A stretch of DNA of 52,876 nt from Minisyncoccota bacterium (lineage in GTDB: Bacteria; Patescibacteriota; Minisyncoccia; JAHIHE01; JAGLIN01). The translations under genes and the position numbers were made by a program. The notes under the pieces were generated by a model. That model ran no database searches and was not told where the DNA came from. It was given only the letters and a program-made list of their open reading frames with translations. The DNA lies in the NCBI GenBank assembly GCA_023142595.1, contig JAGLJF010000024.1, forward strand, positions 1 through 52,876, read 5' to 3'. Below, in pieces: positions 20,025-30,364 of the stretch (the first letter of the stretch is position 1; every line of letters begins with the position of its first letter).

Positions 20025-22343
20025 ATGGCAAGAAAAAGAAGAAAAAGAAGAAATTATAATAGATTCTCATTTCGAATTTCTGCAATTGAAATTAGCGATG
20101 AGGTAAAAAAAGATGTTCTGGCGATATTTCTTTTTGCTTTGGCCTTGATCAGTGTTTTGAGCTTTTTAGGTTCGGCGGGAGAATTAGGAGAAAAAATCAA
20201 TTTAGGACTAAAATTTTTATTCGGATACGGATTTTTAATATTTCCTTTAGTCTTGATTTTTTGGGGTTTAAAAATGATAAAATCAGAAGATTTTGCTGAA
20301 AGTAAAACTGCTTTTTTAGGGATGGCTTTAATGACTATTTCTATTTTGACTTTCGTTCATACTTTTTATAATATTGAAGTTGTATTTGAAATTGCAAAAG
20401 AGGGGAAGGGCGGTGGAATAATCGGGGCAGTTTTTGCATGGATGATGCTTATCTTCATGGGCAAGTGGGGGTCTCTGGTAATTGTATTCGCAATGTTTCT
20501 AATTTCGTTGTTGTTGATTTTTGATATATCGTTCGCAGATCTTTTAGGAAGAATTAGGTTTACCAGAAGAGATAGAAAAGGGAATCATAAATTAAATAAA
20601 AAAGAATCAGAAGAGGATTTTGAAGATGAGAACGAAGTCGAGGATGAGGAATATGAAGAATACGAAGAAGATATGGACGAAGACGAAGATAGTGAAATTA
20701 AAATAAACATAGCGGGTCAGCGTCAAGAGAAAAAAGGTATCTTTTCTTCTTTAAGTGAAAAAATTAAGAAGAACAAAAATGAACCCCAATTTTCAGTAAA
20801 AGCTCTTGAAGAAAATGTTGAGAATAATGAAGTAGCTCTTGATGAAGAAGAAAGTGATTTTGATGAAGAGTCGGATGTATCTGAGCAGAAAAAAAATAAT
20901 TGGCAAATTCCACCACTTAGTCTTTTAGATGGAAAAGATAGCGATCCTACAAGTGGTGACATAAAGGGAAATTCAAATATGATAAAAAGAACTCTTTCTG
21001 AATTTGGAATAGAGATTGAAATGGGAGAAGTTAATGTTGGTCCTACCGTTACTCAATATACTCTTAAACCTGCAGTTGGAATAAAACTAAGTAAAATAGT
21101 TTCTTTGCAGAATGATTTGGCATTGACTTTAGCTGCTCGATCACTTCGAATTGAGGCTCCGATCCCAGGAAAATCTCTAATAGGTATTGAACTACCTAAT
21201 CAATCTGTGGCGATGGTTCGATTGAAAAATATGTTAGATTCACAAGAATTTCACAATAGAAAAACTAATTTGAATATTATTCTAGGAAGAGATGTTTCCG
21301 GAAGTCCGATTATAGCTGACCTTGAAAAAATGCCTCATTTGATGATTGCTGGATCAACTGGAAGTGGAAAAACAGTTTGTATTAACACTCTTATAACAGG
21401 TCTTCTCTATCAAAATACTCCTGATAATCTTAAGTTTATTATGATTGATCCAAAGAGAGTTGAGCTTACTCCGTATGACGACATACCTCATCTTTTGACG
21501 CCCGTTATAACAGATCCTGACAAAGCTGTTAATTCTCTGAAATGGTCAATTAAGGAAATGGAAGATAGATATGAAATACTATCTCAATTAGGATGTCGAA
21601 ATATTGAATCTTATAATAATGCCGTCAGAACAAAATATAAACAAAGAGAAATTTTGCCATTTATTGTTATCGTAGTCGATGAACTTGCAGACTTGATGAC
21701 AACGCATGGCAGGGAAGTGGAGTCTGCGATTGTTCGTCTTGCGCAAAAATCAAGAGCGGTGGGAATTCACATTGTTCTTTCAACTCAAAGGCCTTCTGTA
21801 GAAGTTATCACGGGCCTAATTAAAGCTAACATAACAAACAGGATTGCTTTTCAGGTTGCAAGTCAAATTGATTCAAGAACAATTCTTGATATGTCTGGAG
21901 CTGAAAAACTTCTTGGAAGTGGAGATATGCTTTTTCTTTCAGGAGATATGAATAAACCAAGAAGAATTCAAGGGGTATATATTTCCGAAGAAGAAGTGAA
22001 AAAAGTCTCAGAATTTTTGGGCAAACAAAAAGAAGAAGATATCGAATATGATAAAACTATAATAGAAGACAGAAAATCACTCGTTGGCGTATCTGCTGAA
22101 AGTGGTGCTGTTGAAGATAGTTTATATGATGAAGCTGTTAAATTAATCAGAGAATCAAACAAAGCTTCTGCAACTTTTTTACAGAGAAAATTGAGAATAG
22201 GATATTCTCGAGCAGCTCGTCTTTTGGATATAATGGAAGACCAAGGTATTGTAGGTCCTTCAAGAGGAGCCAAACCACGAGAAATTTATGTTGCAAGTCA
22301 AGATGAATATGAAGATGATTCATATGACGAAGCAGAAGAATAG
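20025..22343 (+). CDS. ftsK: DNA translocase FtsK/SpoIIIE
   Basis: N-terminal TM helices, Walker A GSTGSGKT, IVVDELADLM, and gamma domain LQRKLRIGYSRAARL. Confidence 0.97.
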   Translation: MARKRRKRRNYNRFSFRISAIEISDEVKKDVLAIFLFALALISVLSFLGSAGELGEKINLGLKFLFGYGFLIFPLVLIFWGLKMIKSEDFAESKTAFLGMALMTISILTFVHTFYNIEVVFEIAKEGKGGGIIGAVFAWMMLIFMGKWGSLVIVFAMFLISLLLIFDISFADLLGRIRFTRRDRKGNHKLNKKESEEDFEDENEVEDEEYEEYEEDMDEDEDSEIKINIAGQRQEKKGIFSSLSEKIKKNKNEPQFSVKALEENVENNEVALDEEESDFDEESDVSEQKKNNWQIPPLSLLDGKDSDPTSGDIKGNSNMIKRTLSEFGIEIEMGEVNVGPTVTQYTLKPAVGIKLSKIVSLQNDLALTLAARSLRIEAPIPGKSLIGIELPNQSVAMVRLKNMLDSQEFHNRKTNLNIILGRDVSGSPIIADLEKMPHLMIAGSTGSGKTVCINTLITGLLYQNTPDNLKFIMIDPKRVELTPYDDIPHLLTPVITDPDKAVNSLKWSIKEMEDRYEILSQLGCRNIESYNNAVRTKYKQREILPFIVIVVDELADLMTTHGREVESAIVRLAQKSRAVGIHIVLSTQRPSVEVITGLIKANITNRIAFQVASQIDSRTILDMSGAEKLLGSGDMLFLSGDMNKPRRIQGVYISEEEVKKVSEFLGKQKEEDIEYDKTIIEDRKSLVGVSAESGAVEDSLYDEAVKLIRESNKASATFLQRKLRIGYSRAARLLDIMEDQGIVGPSRGAKPREIYVASQDEYEDDSYDEAEE

Positions 22344-22376
22344 TAATTTATATTAGACAATATAATTTATATCAAT

Positions 22377-23189
22377 ATGTCAGCTAAATTCAAAACCATA
22401 AAAGTAAATACGAATACGACAGTAGGGGAATGCTTCAAAAGAAGACGAGAAGAAAATAATGTTTCTCTCAAGGAGGTTAGTGAAAAATTAAAAATTAAAA
22501 AGAGTTATCTTGAAGATCTTGAGGAGAATAATTATAATCAGTTGCCACCAGATGTCTATGTTAAGGGGTTTATAAGAGCCTACGCTGTTCTTGTTGGTTT
22601 TAATGCTGAAAAAATGGTTGAACTGTTCAGCAAAGAGAGGACTGTCAACAATAAAATCATCAATAAAAATAATCCGAAAGAAAAGGTTTATAAACATAGC
22701 AAATTTTCAATTTCAGAATATCTAACCATAACTCCTAAACTGATAACAGTTTTAGTTACTCTGCTTGTGCTATCAGTCGTTGGATATTATTTATGGCATC
22801 AAATTAGTTCTTTTAGTTCAACTCCGTATCTTATTGTTTCAAGTCCAATAGCTGATCAAATATCAAAAGAACCGGAAATGGTAATCGCAGGACAAATTGA
22901 AAAGGATGCAACTTTGAAAATAAATGGCAAAGGTGTTTATGTGAATTTTGAGGGATATTTTCAAGAGACGATAATTTTAAAGCCTGGTAATAATGTTTTG
23001 GTTATCGAGGCTACTAATAGATTTGGAAAAGTTGCAAGTGAGACAAGAAATATAGTTTATGAAAAAAAGCTAGAAGATTTTATCCCATCTGAATTTGAGA
23101 TAAGAGAGAATGAAACGATTGAAGAAGATAATATTTTTCAAAAAGAGGATTTAGATTTTGAGGGAGAAATAGAATTTATTGGACCGTAG
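22377..23189 (+). CDS. rodZ: RodZ-like HTH-TM protein with C-terminal Ig-like domain
   Basis: HTH motif LP.DVYVKGFIRAYA, a single TM, and position downstream of ftsK. Confidence 0.8.
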   Translation: MSAKFKTIKVNTNTTVGECFKRRREENNVSLKEVSEKLKIKKSYLEDLEENNYNQLPPDVYVKGFIRAYAVLVGFNAEKMVELFSKERTVNNKIINKNNPKEKVYKHSKFSISEYLTITPKLITVLVTLLVLSVVGYYLWHQISSFSSTPYLIVSSPIADQISKEPEMVIAGQIEKDATLKINGKGVYVNFEGYFQETIILKPGNNVLVIEATNRFGKVASETRNIVYEKKLEDFIPSEFEIRENETIEEDNIFQKEDLDFEGEIEFIGP

Positions 23190-23302
23190 GGAAAGAATGT
23201 CGACATCTGAAGATTGTCTTTTATTTCGGAGTTCGCTCTTCAGGGTGTAAGGTTTATGGGTTAAAATCCAAATAATTAATAACTAATTTTTAATAAAAAT
23301 TT

Positions 23303-24355
23303 ATGGCAAAAGAAGAAGATAAAAAAAATAATGAAAAAGGTGTAAGTGAAAAAAACGATAAAAGGGAAAAGTTGGTTAATGAAACCTTGGAGGAAATTAA
23401 GACTAAGTTTGGAGAAGGGTCAATTATGAAACTTGGTGAAGCCAAGGCAATGGATGTTGAATTTACTCCAACTGGTTCAATTTCTCTTGATATCGCTCTT
23501 GGTGGAGGAGTTCCTCAAGGAAGAATAATTGAAATTTATGGTCCTGAGGCAAGTGGAAAGACAACACTGTCTTTGCACATCGTTTCGGAGTTGCAAAAAA
23601 AAGGTGGAACGGCTGCTTTTGTTGATGCTGAACATGCTCTTGATCCAGAATATGCTAAAAAAATTGGAGTAAAAACAAAGGACTTGATTATTTCTCAGCC
23701 AGACAGCGGAGAACAAGCTTTGGAAATTGTTGAAGCTCTTGTTCGGTCAGAAGCTGTGGATTTGGTTGTTATTGATTCAGTCGCAGCTTTGACTCCAAAA
23801 GCTGAAATTGAAGGTGAAATGGGTGCTTCTCATATGGGACTTCAAGCTAGGCTTATGAGCCAAGCACTTCGAAAATTGACGGGAATTGTGCACAAATCAA
23901 ATACGACTGTCATTTTCATCAATCAAATCAGAATGAAAATTGGAGTTGTCTTTGGAAATCCAGAAACAACTACTGGAGGAAATGCCTTGAAATTTTATTC
24001 ATCTGTTAGAATTGAAGTTCGTAAATCTGCTCAAATCAAGCAGGGTGATAATATCATCGGCAACAGAGTGAAGGTGAAAGTTGTCAAAAACAAAGTTGCG
24101 CCACCATTCAAAACAACTGAATTTGATATTATGTACAACGAAGGAATTACTTATTATGGCGATGTTCTTAACACAGGTGTGAAATATGGTGTATTGAAAA
24201 GGGGAGGAGCTTGGTATAATTATGGTGAGCAAAAACTTGGTCAAGGATATGAAATCAGTCGAAAATTCCTCAAAGACAATCCAAAAATTGCTAGTGAAAT
24301 TATCAAGAAAATCAAAGAAGAGGTCAAGAAAGAAGTTGAGATTGCGCAGGGATAG
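23303..24355 (+). CDS. recA: Recombinase A
   Basis: [16 protein letters not shown] and [12 protein letters not shown]. Confidence 0.99.
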   Translation: MAKEEDKKNNEKGVSEKNDKREKLVNETLEEIKTKFGEGSIMKLGEAKAMDVEFTPTGSISLDIALGGGVPQGRIIEIYGPEASGKTTLSLHIVSELQKKGGTAAFVDAEHALDPEYAKKIGVKTKDLIISQPDSGEQALEIVEALVRSEAVDLVVIDSVAALTPKAEIEGEMGASHMGLQARLMSQALRKLTGIVHKSNTTVIFINQIRMKIGVVFGNPETTTGGNALKFYSSVRIEVRKSAQIKQGDNIIGNRVKVKVVKNKVAPPFKTTEFDIMYNEGITYYGDVLNTGVKYGVLKRGGAWYNYGEQKLGQGYEISRKFLKDNPKIASEIIKKIKEEVKKEVEIAQG

Positions 24356-24490
24356 ATTGATAATTTAAGGATTATTTGTTTTTGCTTTATTATTTTTTTA
24401 CATTAATATAAAAAAATGATTGTAACTAAAGAAAAAATAAAAAATATTGCAATTAAAGTTAATGTTCATCCAATCCATATAAAAGTCTAT

Positions 24491-25393
24491 ATGTCTAACT
24501 TTAAAGATGTTTTGATTGAAAATGTTGAAGATGATTTTAAAAGATATGTAGATGAAAATCCAAGACCATTTGTGAAATGGGTTGGCGGTAAAAGACAGTT
24601 GTTAAAACAATTTAGAGATATGGATTTATATCCTCCAGATGATTTCGATCCAAAAACTGCTACATATTTTGAGCCGTTTGTTGGAGGTGGAGCAGTATTC
24701 TTTAATTTACTTCCCAAGAAAGCAATCTTGTCTGATATGAATTTGGAATTGGTGACGACTTACAATGTAATCAAAAATGATGTTGAAGAATTGATTAAAA
24801 ATCTTCAAAAACACAAACTTGAAAATGATAAAGAATATTTTTTGAAAATTCGAGCGCAAAAAATTGAAAAACTTTCTGACACTGAAGTTGCCGCACGATT
24901 TATATATCTCAACAAAACTTGTTTTAATGGAATGTACCGAGTGAATCGAAGCGGAGGATTTAATGTGCCGTTTGCTAATACAAAAAATCCTCTTATTTGC
25001 GATATAGATAATTTGAGAAAAATAAGTCTGGCATTAAAAAAGACAAAAATATTATATCATGATTATAAAAAAGTTTTGCAAAAAGCGAAGAAAGGGGATT
25101 TTGTATATTTTGATCCACCATATTATCCCGTGAACAAAACATCAAGTTTTACAAGTTATACCAAAGAAGGATTCTTGGAAAAAGAGCAGGAAGAATTGCG
25201 AGATGTTTTTGTGAAGCTTCATAAAAGAGGATGTTTTGTTATGCTTTCAAATTCCGACACTCCTTTTATAAATAAATTATATTTTGGGTTGGATAAGAAA
25301 ATTAAAATTCACAAAGTTTATGCGGGGAGAATGATTAATTCAGACGCGACAAAAAGAGGGAAGATTAAGGAGGTTGTTATTATTAATTATTAG
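24491..25393 (+). CDS. Dam/DpnM-family N6-adenine DNA methyltransferase
   Basis: PFVKWVGGKRQL, YFEPFVGGGAV and YFDPPY. The ORF is open from 24416; ATG 24491 is the likelier start. Confidence 0.93.
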   Translation: MSNFKDVLIENVEDDFKRYVDENPRPFVKWVGGKRQLLKQFRDMDLYPPDDFDPKTATYFEPFVGGGAVFFNLLPKKAILSDMNLELVTTYNVIKNDVEELIKNLQKHKLENDKEYFLKIRAQKIEKLSDTEVAARFIYLNKTCFNGMYRVNRSGGFNVPFANTKNPLICDIDNLRKISLALKKTKILYHDYKKVLQKAKKGDFVYFDPPYYPVNKTSSFTSYTKEGFLEKEQEELRDVFVKLHKRGCFVMLSNSDTPFINKLYFGLDKKIKIHKVYAGRMINSDATKRGKIKEVVIINY

Positions 25394-25396
25394 TAC

Positions 25397-26452
25397 ATGA
25401 AACAAGCTATTAAAATAGAATCAGTTGATTTATTCTGTGGAATAGGTGGCTTGACTTATGGTTTACAAAAATCAGGTATTAATGTCATTGCTGGTGTTGA
25501 TAATGATAAGACATGCAAGTTCGCTTATGAGAGAAATAATAAAGCACCGTTTATTAATGCGGATATAAAACAATTTAATTCAGAAAAAATAAAAAAACTT
25601 TACAGTAAAGATGCAGCCAAAGTTTTAGTTGGCTGTGCACCATGTCAGCCATTTTCATCTCATACATATAAAAATAAAAGTAAAAGTTGTGATTCAAGAT
25701 GGGATTTATTAACATATTTTGGAAAGATTATAAATGAAACCCTTCCAGATGTCATCTCAATGGAAAATGTACGAGGTATCGTAAAAACAGATATATTTAA
25801 AATGTTTTTGAGTGTGCTTGAAAAAAATAATTATCATGTTGATTATAAAATAGTATATATTCCTGACTATGGGGCTCCACAAAATAGAAGTAGATTAATT
25901 TTATTAGCTTCTAAGTTAGGAGAAATACAAATACCAAAACCAACACATACAAAAGATAAGTATATAACTGTAAGAGATGTAATTAAAAATTTACAACCCA
26001 TTAAGGCTGGTCAAGTCTCAAAAAATGATTCATTACATAAGGCAAAAAACCTTTTAGATATTAATTTGCAGAGAATAAAACAATCAAAACCAAATGGGAC
26101 ATGGCGTGATTGGGATAGAAAATTATTGCCAACATGCTATCGAAAGGAAAGCGGACAAACCTATTCGTCTGTATATGGTCGTATGGATTGGGATCGTGTT
26201 TCTCCGACTATAACAACGCAATTTTTTAATTATGGATCTGGGCGTTTTGGACACCCGACACAAAATCGCGCGCTTTCTTTAAGGGAGGGAGCTTTATTAC
26301 AAACATTTCCAGAAGATTATGATTTTGGAGAAGTAAAGAATATGACAACAATATCAAGACATATTGGAAATGCTGTGCCACCTGTATTAGGTGAAGTTAT
26401 TGGCAGAACTATTAAAAAACATTTAAGTAAATATTATGGAAGAACAAAATAA
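25397..26452 (+). CDS. C5-cytosine DNA methyltransferase
   Basis: DLFCGIGG, GCAPCQPFS, MENV, PQNRSR and IGNAVPP motifs. Confidence 0.95.
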   Translation: MKQAIKIESVDLFCGIGGLTYGLQKSGINVIAGVDNDKTCKFAYERNNKAPFINADIKQFNSEKIKKLYSKDAAKVLVGCAPCQPFSSHTYKNKSKSCDSRWDLLTYFGKIINETLPDVISMENVRGIVKTDIFKMFLSVLEKNNYHVDYKIVYIPDYGAPQNRSRLILLASKLGEIQIPKPTHTKDKYITVRDVIKNLQPIKAGQVSKNDSLHKAKNLLDINLQRIKQSKPNGTWRDWDRKLLPTCYRKESGQTYSSVYGRMDWDRVSPTITTQFFNYGSGRFGHPTQNRALSLREGALLQTFPEDYDFGEVKNMTTISRHIGNAVPPVLGEVIGRTIKKHLSKYYGRTK

Positions 26453-28085
26453 ACCATTCCAGTTTGAAATTTCTCTAAGTATCTTGAATCATTTAGGTAG
26501 AAATTTGTATAGAAATTTTATCACAGTACTTGGCGAAGCAATTTCAAATTCTTGGGATGCTGATGCAGAGAATGTATGGATTTACATTGATAAAGAAAAT
26601 AATAATTTTGTTATAAAAGACGATGGAATTGGAATGAGTGCAAGTGATTTTCAGGATAAATTTTTAACAGTTGGATATTCAAAAAGAAAAAAAGGTGGCA
26701 TGAAATCGCCATCTGGTAGACCTTTTATTGGCGCAAAGGGAATAGGTAAATTGGCGTTACTTTCTTGTGCAGGAAAAATAAGCATTATATCAAAAATACC
26801 TGATTCTAGTTATGTAGGTGGCGTGATAGATAATGTTGGTCTTGATAATGCAATTAAAAAAGAAATGAAGCCAGACCAATATTCACTGAAGGAGGTAAAT
26901 TTAAAATTATTTTATTTATTTACACAGGAACATAAAAAAGGAACGATAATTTATTTTGAGAAGACAAAAGAAAATGTTAGAAATACAATCCCGTATTTAA
27001 AAAAGCTTATAGCATTATATTTTAGATTTTCTTTAATTGATAAAAGTTTCAATATCTTTGTAAATGACGAAAAAGTAACGCTTGATGACTTAAAAGATTT
27101 ATCAGAATCAACTGAATTTTTATGGAATATTAATAGTCTTCAAGATCCTTATATAGAAACTTTATCAGTACTTGAAAATGAACCAATTAATATTGACAGT
27201 AATTTAAATATGAAGGGCTTTATCTCTACGGTAAAAAAACCGAGAGATTTAAAAATTTCCGGAACTGAAGAAAAGATCGGGATTGATTTATTTGTAAATG
27301 GAAGATTAAGAGAAAAAGATTTATTAAAACACATACCAACAGCTCGAATTGTAGAAAGCTATATGTATGGTCAGATACATTTTGATGAATTAGATGCAGA
27401 CGGTAGGGATAGATTTACTAGTAGTCGTGAGGGTGTTGTTGCAAGTGATAATAAATACCAAATACTTCTGAAAGGACTAAAAAGTATAATTATTCCACGA
27501 ATATTGGATGAATGGGATGAGCTCCGTTTGTCCAGAAATAAGGATGGTGACGATGAAAATACACGAAAAACAAAAGAGGAACGAAGAGCCAGTAGTCTAT
27601 ATAACTTATCATCAAAAGATTATACGAAAGAAGGAAATGCTGAAATAAAGAAATGGATAAAGGAACTACAATTAGATGCAGAGTTTAATATTCCTGCTTA
27701 TGTTAATTGTTTTTTGTCAGAGAATATTATTCGAAAATATATTAAAGCAAGGAAAGTACCGTTAACCGCTCCTGCGGAAACTGAAATAAATGAATGGAAA
27801 CCACGTGAGCAACAGCGTAAATCAGAAGCAAATATTAGTTTTGATATTAGAGAACATGATGATGATCTAAGTTATTTAGGAATGGATTCTTTAGCAAAAG
27901 TTGTTGACAATAATAAGCACCAACAAGGCACTGCCTCTCTTGTGCGAGATGCAATTGAATTTAAACCAATGAGAAATGCGGTTGGACATACTGGACTGTT
28001 GACTGAAATTGCTAAGCAGAGATTAACATTAGTTTATGAAAATATAAAAGGACGATTAAATACATTATTGAATCAAAATAAATAA
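26436..28085 (+). CDS. GHKL (MORC/HATPase_c_3-like) ATPase with a C-terminal RxxxxH motif
   Basis: EAISNSWDA, DDGIGM, GAKGIGK and GT GHKL boxes; MRNAVGH near the C-terminus; overlaps the 3' end of the C5 methyltransferase gene. Confidence 0.85.
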   Translation: MEEQNKPFQFEISLSILNHLGRNLYRNFITVLGEAISNSWDADAENVWIYIDKENNNFVIKDDGIGMSASDFQDKFLTVGYSKRKKGGMKSPSGRPFIGAKGIGKLALLSCAGKISIISKIPDSSYVGGVIDNVGLDNAIKKEMKPDQYSLKEVNLKLFYLFTQEHKKGTIIYFEKTKENVRNTIPYLKKLIALYFRFSLIDKSFNIFVNDEKVTLDDLKDLSESTEFLWNINSLQDPYIETLSVLENEPINIDSNLNMKGFISTVKKPRDLKISGTEEKIGIDLFVNGRLREKDLLKHIPTARIVESYMYGQIHFDELDADGRDRFTSSREGVVASDNKYQILLKGLKSIIIPRILDEWDELRLSRNKDGDDENTRKTKEERRASSLYNLSSKDYTKEGNAEIKKWIKELQLDAEFNIPAYVNCFLSENIIRKYIKARKVPLTAPAETEINEWKPREQQRKSEANISFDIREHDDDLSYLGMDSLAKVVDNNKHQQGTASLVRDAIEFKPMRNAVGHTGLLTEIAKQRLTLVYENIKGRLNTLLNQNK

Positions 28086-28089
28086 ACTT

Positions 28090-28324
28090 ATGCAAAAAGA
28101 TTTTAATAATTTTATTTCAACTCTAAAAAACTCAATTAAAGCTTAGAATTATTTTGTTAATTAGGAAAAAGTTTTTAAGAATAATTCTAAACAAACTTAA
28201 TTATCTTCTTGGTAAAGAAGATTTGAAATCAGAATTTAAAAGATTATACAAAAGTAATCTAGATATTGTAAAATCCTTTCTGTTTTTATTAGCGGTAAGA
28301 GAAAAAAATAAAAAAAGAGTATGA
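28090..28324 (+). pseudogene. Remnant of the N-terminus of a DpnII/MboI-type restriction endonuclease
   Basis: MQKDFNNFISTLKNSIKA*NYFVN*EKVFKN, then a frameshift to ILNKLNYLLGKEDLKSEF...IVKSFLFLLAVRE. This matches the DpnII-family pattern as recalled; not searched. Confidence 0.7.
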
Positions 28325-28374
28325 AAAATATAAACGATGTGATTCAAAATACTTAAATTATTCAGAAAATAGCT

Positions 28375-28986
28375 ATGCAAAGAGATTTATTAAAAAATCT
28401 AGAGGTTATTAGATGGTGTTTTTGTGGTATTACAGAGAAAACTACTATTATTACCTCAAATAAAGAAGAATTAAAAAAAGCAAACATTAAAGAAAAGTTG
28501 TGGGGCAACTCAATTATGGGCACAGAAAGTAATAATCAGTGGACAACAAAACTTTGCGAAGAACTTGTTGAAGAAGCTTTAATTATGTTAGGACGAAAAA
28601 ATGTTAGAAAAACGATTCAAAAAAGTGGTATGTTAAGAAAGAAAAAATATAGTCCAGATTTAGAATGTGATGATTTTGTTTATGAAGTAAAAGGTAGAAG
28701 CTGGACTACAACAGGAACCGCAGGAGAGAAAATTTTAGGAGTACCTTTAAAATATGGAGAAGTTCCGAGATTATATGAAAAACCATTACAAATAGTTTTA
28801 GTTGGGTATCAGGAATATGAGGCAAGAGATGGTTTTCAGTTTGGTGATTTGCTTGATCCAGACGAACAAACGGATGAATTAAGGGAAAGTTTAGCTTTTT
28901 ATAAAGATAATGATATTGAGTATATTGGCTTTACTGATATTTTAAAGAAAATAGGTTTTTTAGAAGATTGTTGGAAGAAGAAATAG
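28375..28986 (+). CDS. Putative PD-(D/E)XK endonuclease
   Basis: E...PDLECDDFVYEVK motif; located inside an RM island. Confidence 0.65.
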   Translation: MQRDLLKNLEVIRWCFCGITEKTTIITSNKEELKKANIKEKLWGNSIMGTESNNQWTTKLCEELVEEALIMLGRKNVRKTIQKSGMLRKKKYSPDLECDDFVYEVKGRSWTTTGTAGEKILGVPLKYGEVPRLYEKPLQIVLVGYQEYEARDGFQFGDLLDPDEQTDELRESLAFYKDNDIEYIGFTDILKKIGFLEDCWKKK

Positions 28987-28987
28987 C

Positions 28988-29040
28988 TGTGGATAACTGT
29001 AAACTAAATAGTTTACATATGTTTTAAAATTTGTTATAAT
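28988..29040 (+). promoter_or_regulatory. Promoter with overlapping inverted-repeat operator and adjacent DnaA-box consensus
   Basis: TGTGGATAA at 28988-28996; TGTAAACTA-AA-TAGTTTACA at 28998-29017; TTTACA - 17 nt - TATAAT (29035-29040); ATG at 29045. Confidence 0.65.
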
Positions 29041-29044
29041 AATT

Positions 29045-29263
29045 ATGTTAGAAGAGGAAATAAAAAAAAGAATGCTTGATAAAAAGATTACTGCTATTGA
29101 TATTTATAGGCCACTAAAAATTAATAGAGTTAATTTTTATAAAGCAATCAAAACTTCTAACCTAAAAAACAAGTCCTTAAAAAAAATTTTAAATTTTTTA
29201 GAGCTTGAAGTGAAAATTAATCTTTATAACAAAAAAAATGAAAACGATAAAACCAAAAAGTGA
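29045..29263 (+). CDS. Small XRE/HTH-like regulator
   Basis: 72-aa basic protein with an HTH-like pattern (ITAIDIYRPLKINRVNFYKAIK...SLKKILNFLEL). Confidence 0.6.
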   Translation: MLEEEIKKRMLDKKITAIDIYRPLKINRVNFYKAIKTSNLKNKSLKKILNFLELEVKINLYNKKNENDKTKK

Positions 29264-29531
29264 ATTTTATTCGGAAATTTATTTTGTAGATAATTCTGAA
29301 CATTTAACGGAAAAGCAATGGGATAATTTATTAATGGTGGGAAATAAAAATTGGGATAAATATTTTATACCATTTAAGACAAAACGAGAGTATGAAATTA
29401 TTAAAAATGTAAAATTAACAGAGTTCGAATTAAAAGATGATATGTTTAAATATATTAAAAGACTTAATTCACATTCTGTTTTAAATTTTTCCCTTGAACA
29501 TGAAAAGCCCTTTCTTCTTGAGTTAATTTAA
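29238..29531 (+). CDS. Hypothetical protein, 97 aa
   Basis: ORF coupled between the HTH gene and the methyltransferase gene. Confidence 0.6.
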   Translation: MKTIKPKSEFYSEIYFVDNSEHLTEKQWDNLLMVGNKNWDKYFIPFKTKREYEIIKNVKLTEFELKDDMFKYIKRLNSHSVLNFSLEHEKPFLLELI

Positions 29532-29535
29532 AAAT

Positions 29536-30288
29536 ATGACTAAAAAAGAAATAAAGTTACATCCAGATGAATTTGATTTAGAGTGTTCGACAGTCTGGTC
29601 TTTTCCAAGGCGTGGGAACTGGGCTACTCATAAATCTGATTGGCGGGGTAATTGGGCGCCAGAAGTAGTGAGGAATTTGATTTTGCGTTATTCAAAAGAA
29701 AAAGATCACATTCTTGATTGTATGATTGGCGGTGGGACAACGGCTATTGAGGCGAAAATTTTGAATCGTCATATAACATGCATTGATGTAAACGAAGAAG
29801 CATTAGAGCGAACAAAAAAGTCGCTGGAGTTTGAAGTAGAAAATAGTTCAAAGCAAAGAATAAAAAAATGCGATGCTCGCAAGATGACATTTATCAGAAA
29901 TGAAGAAATTGACTTTGTCCTGACTCATCCACCATATGCGGATATTGTAAAATATAGTGAAGGAAAAAATGATGAAGATTTGTCTGGAATTCACGATATT
30001 GATGCGTTTTGTGATGAGATTGAAAAGGTGGCGAAGGAATTATATCGAGTTTTGAAAACTGGAAAATATTGTGCGATTTTGATGGGGGATACTAGGCGAA
30101 AAAAAATGTATCAGCCACTTGCCTACAAAGTTATGGAACGATTTTTGAAGCAGGGGTTTGAATTGAAGGAAGATATAATCAAAAAACAACATAATTGCAA
30201 AGCGACTGGTTTTTGGGTAAATAAATCCAAAGATTATAATTTTCTTCTGATTATGCATGAACATTTGTTTGTGTTTCAGAAGAATTGA
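29536..30288 (+). CDS. N4-cytosine/N6-adenine DNA methyltransferase
   Basis: TVWSFP.RG.WATH, ILDCMIGGGTT (SAM-binding) and THPPY (catalytic). Confidence 0.9.
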   Translation: MTKKEIKLHPDEFDLECSTVWSFPRRGNWATHKSDWRGNWAPEVVRNLILRYSKEKDHILDCMIGGGTTAIEAKILNRHITCIDVNEEALERTKKSLEFEVENSSKQRIKKCDARKMTFIRNEEIDFVLTHPPYADIVKYSEGKNDEDLSGIHDIDAFCDEIEKVAKELYRVLKTGKYCAILMGDTRRKKMYQPLAYKVMERFLKQGFELKEDIIKKQHNCKATGFWVNKSKDYNFLLIMHEHLFVFQKN

Positions 30289-30308
30289 GTTTGTAAATAA
30301 AATACCTT

Positions 30309-30346
30309 AAAAAAATATACCGATTTTAAAGTCGGTATATTTTTTT
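30309..30346. terminator. Bidirectional intrinsic terminator
   Basis: AAAAAAATATACCGA-TTTTAAAG-TCGGTATATTTTTTT between convergent genes. Confidence 0.8.
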
Positions 30347-30364
30347 GTTTGATTCGCAGAATTG

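Noticed and set aside
28988-28996. Replication origin suggested by a DnaA box near the switch in gene orientation
   Set aside because: Only one box was seen, with no box cluster, unwinding element or dnaA/dnaN nearby.
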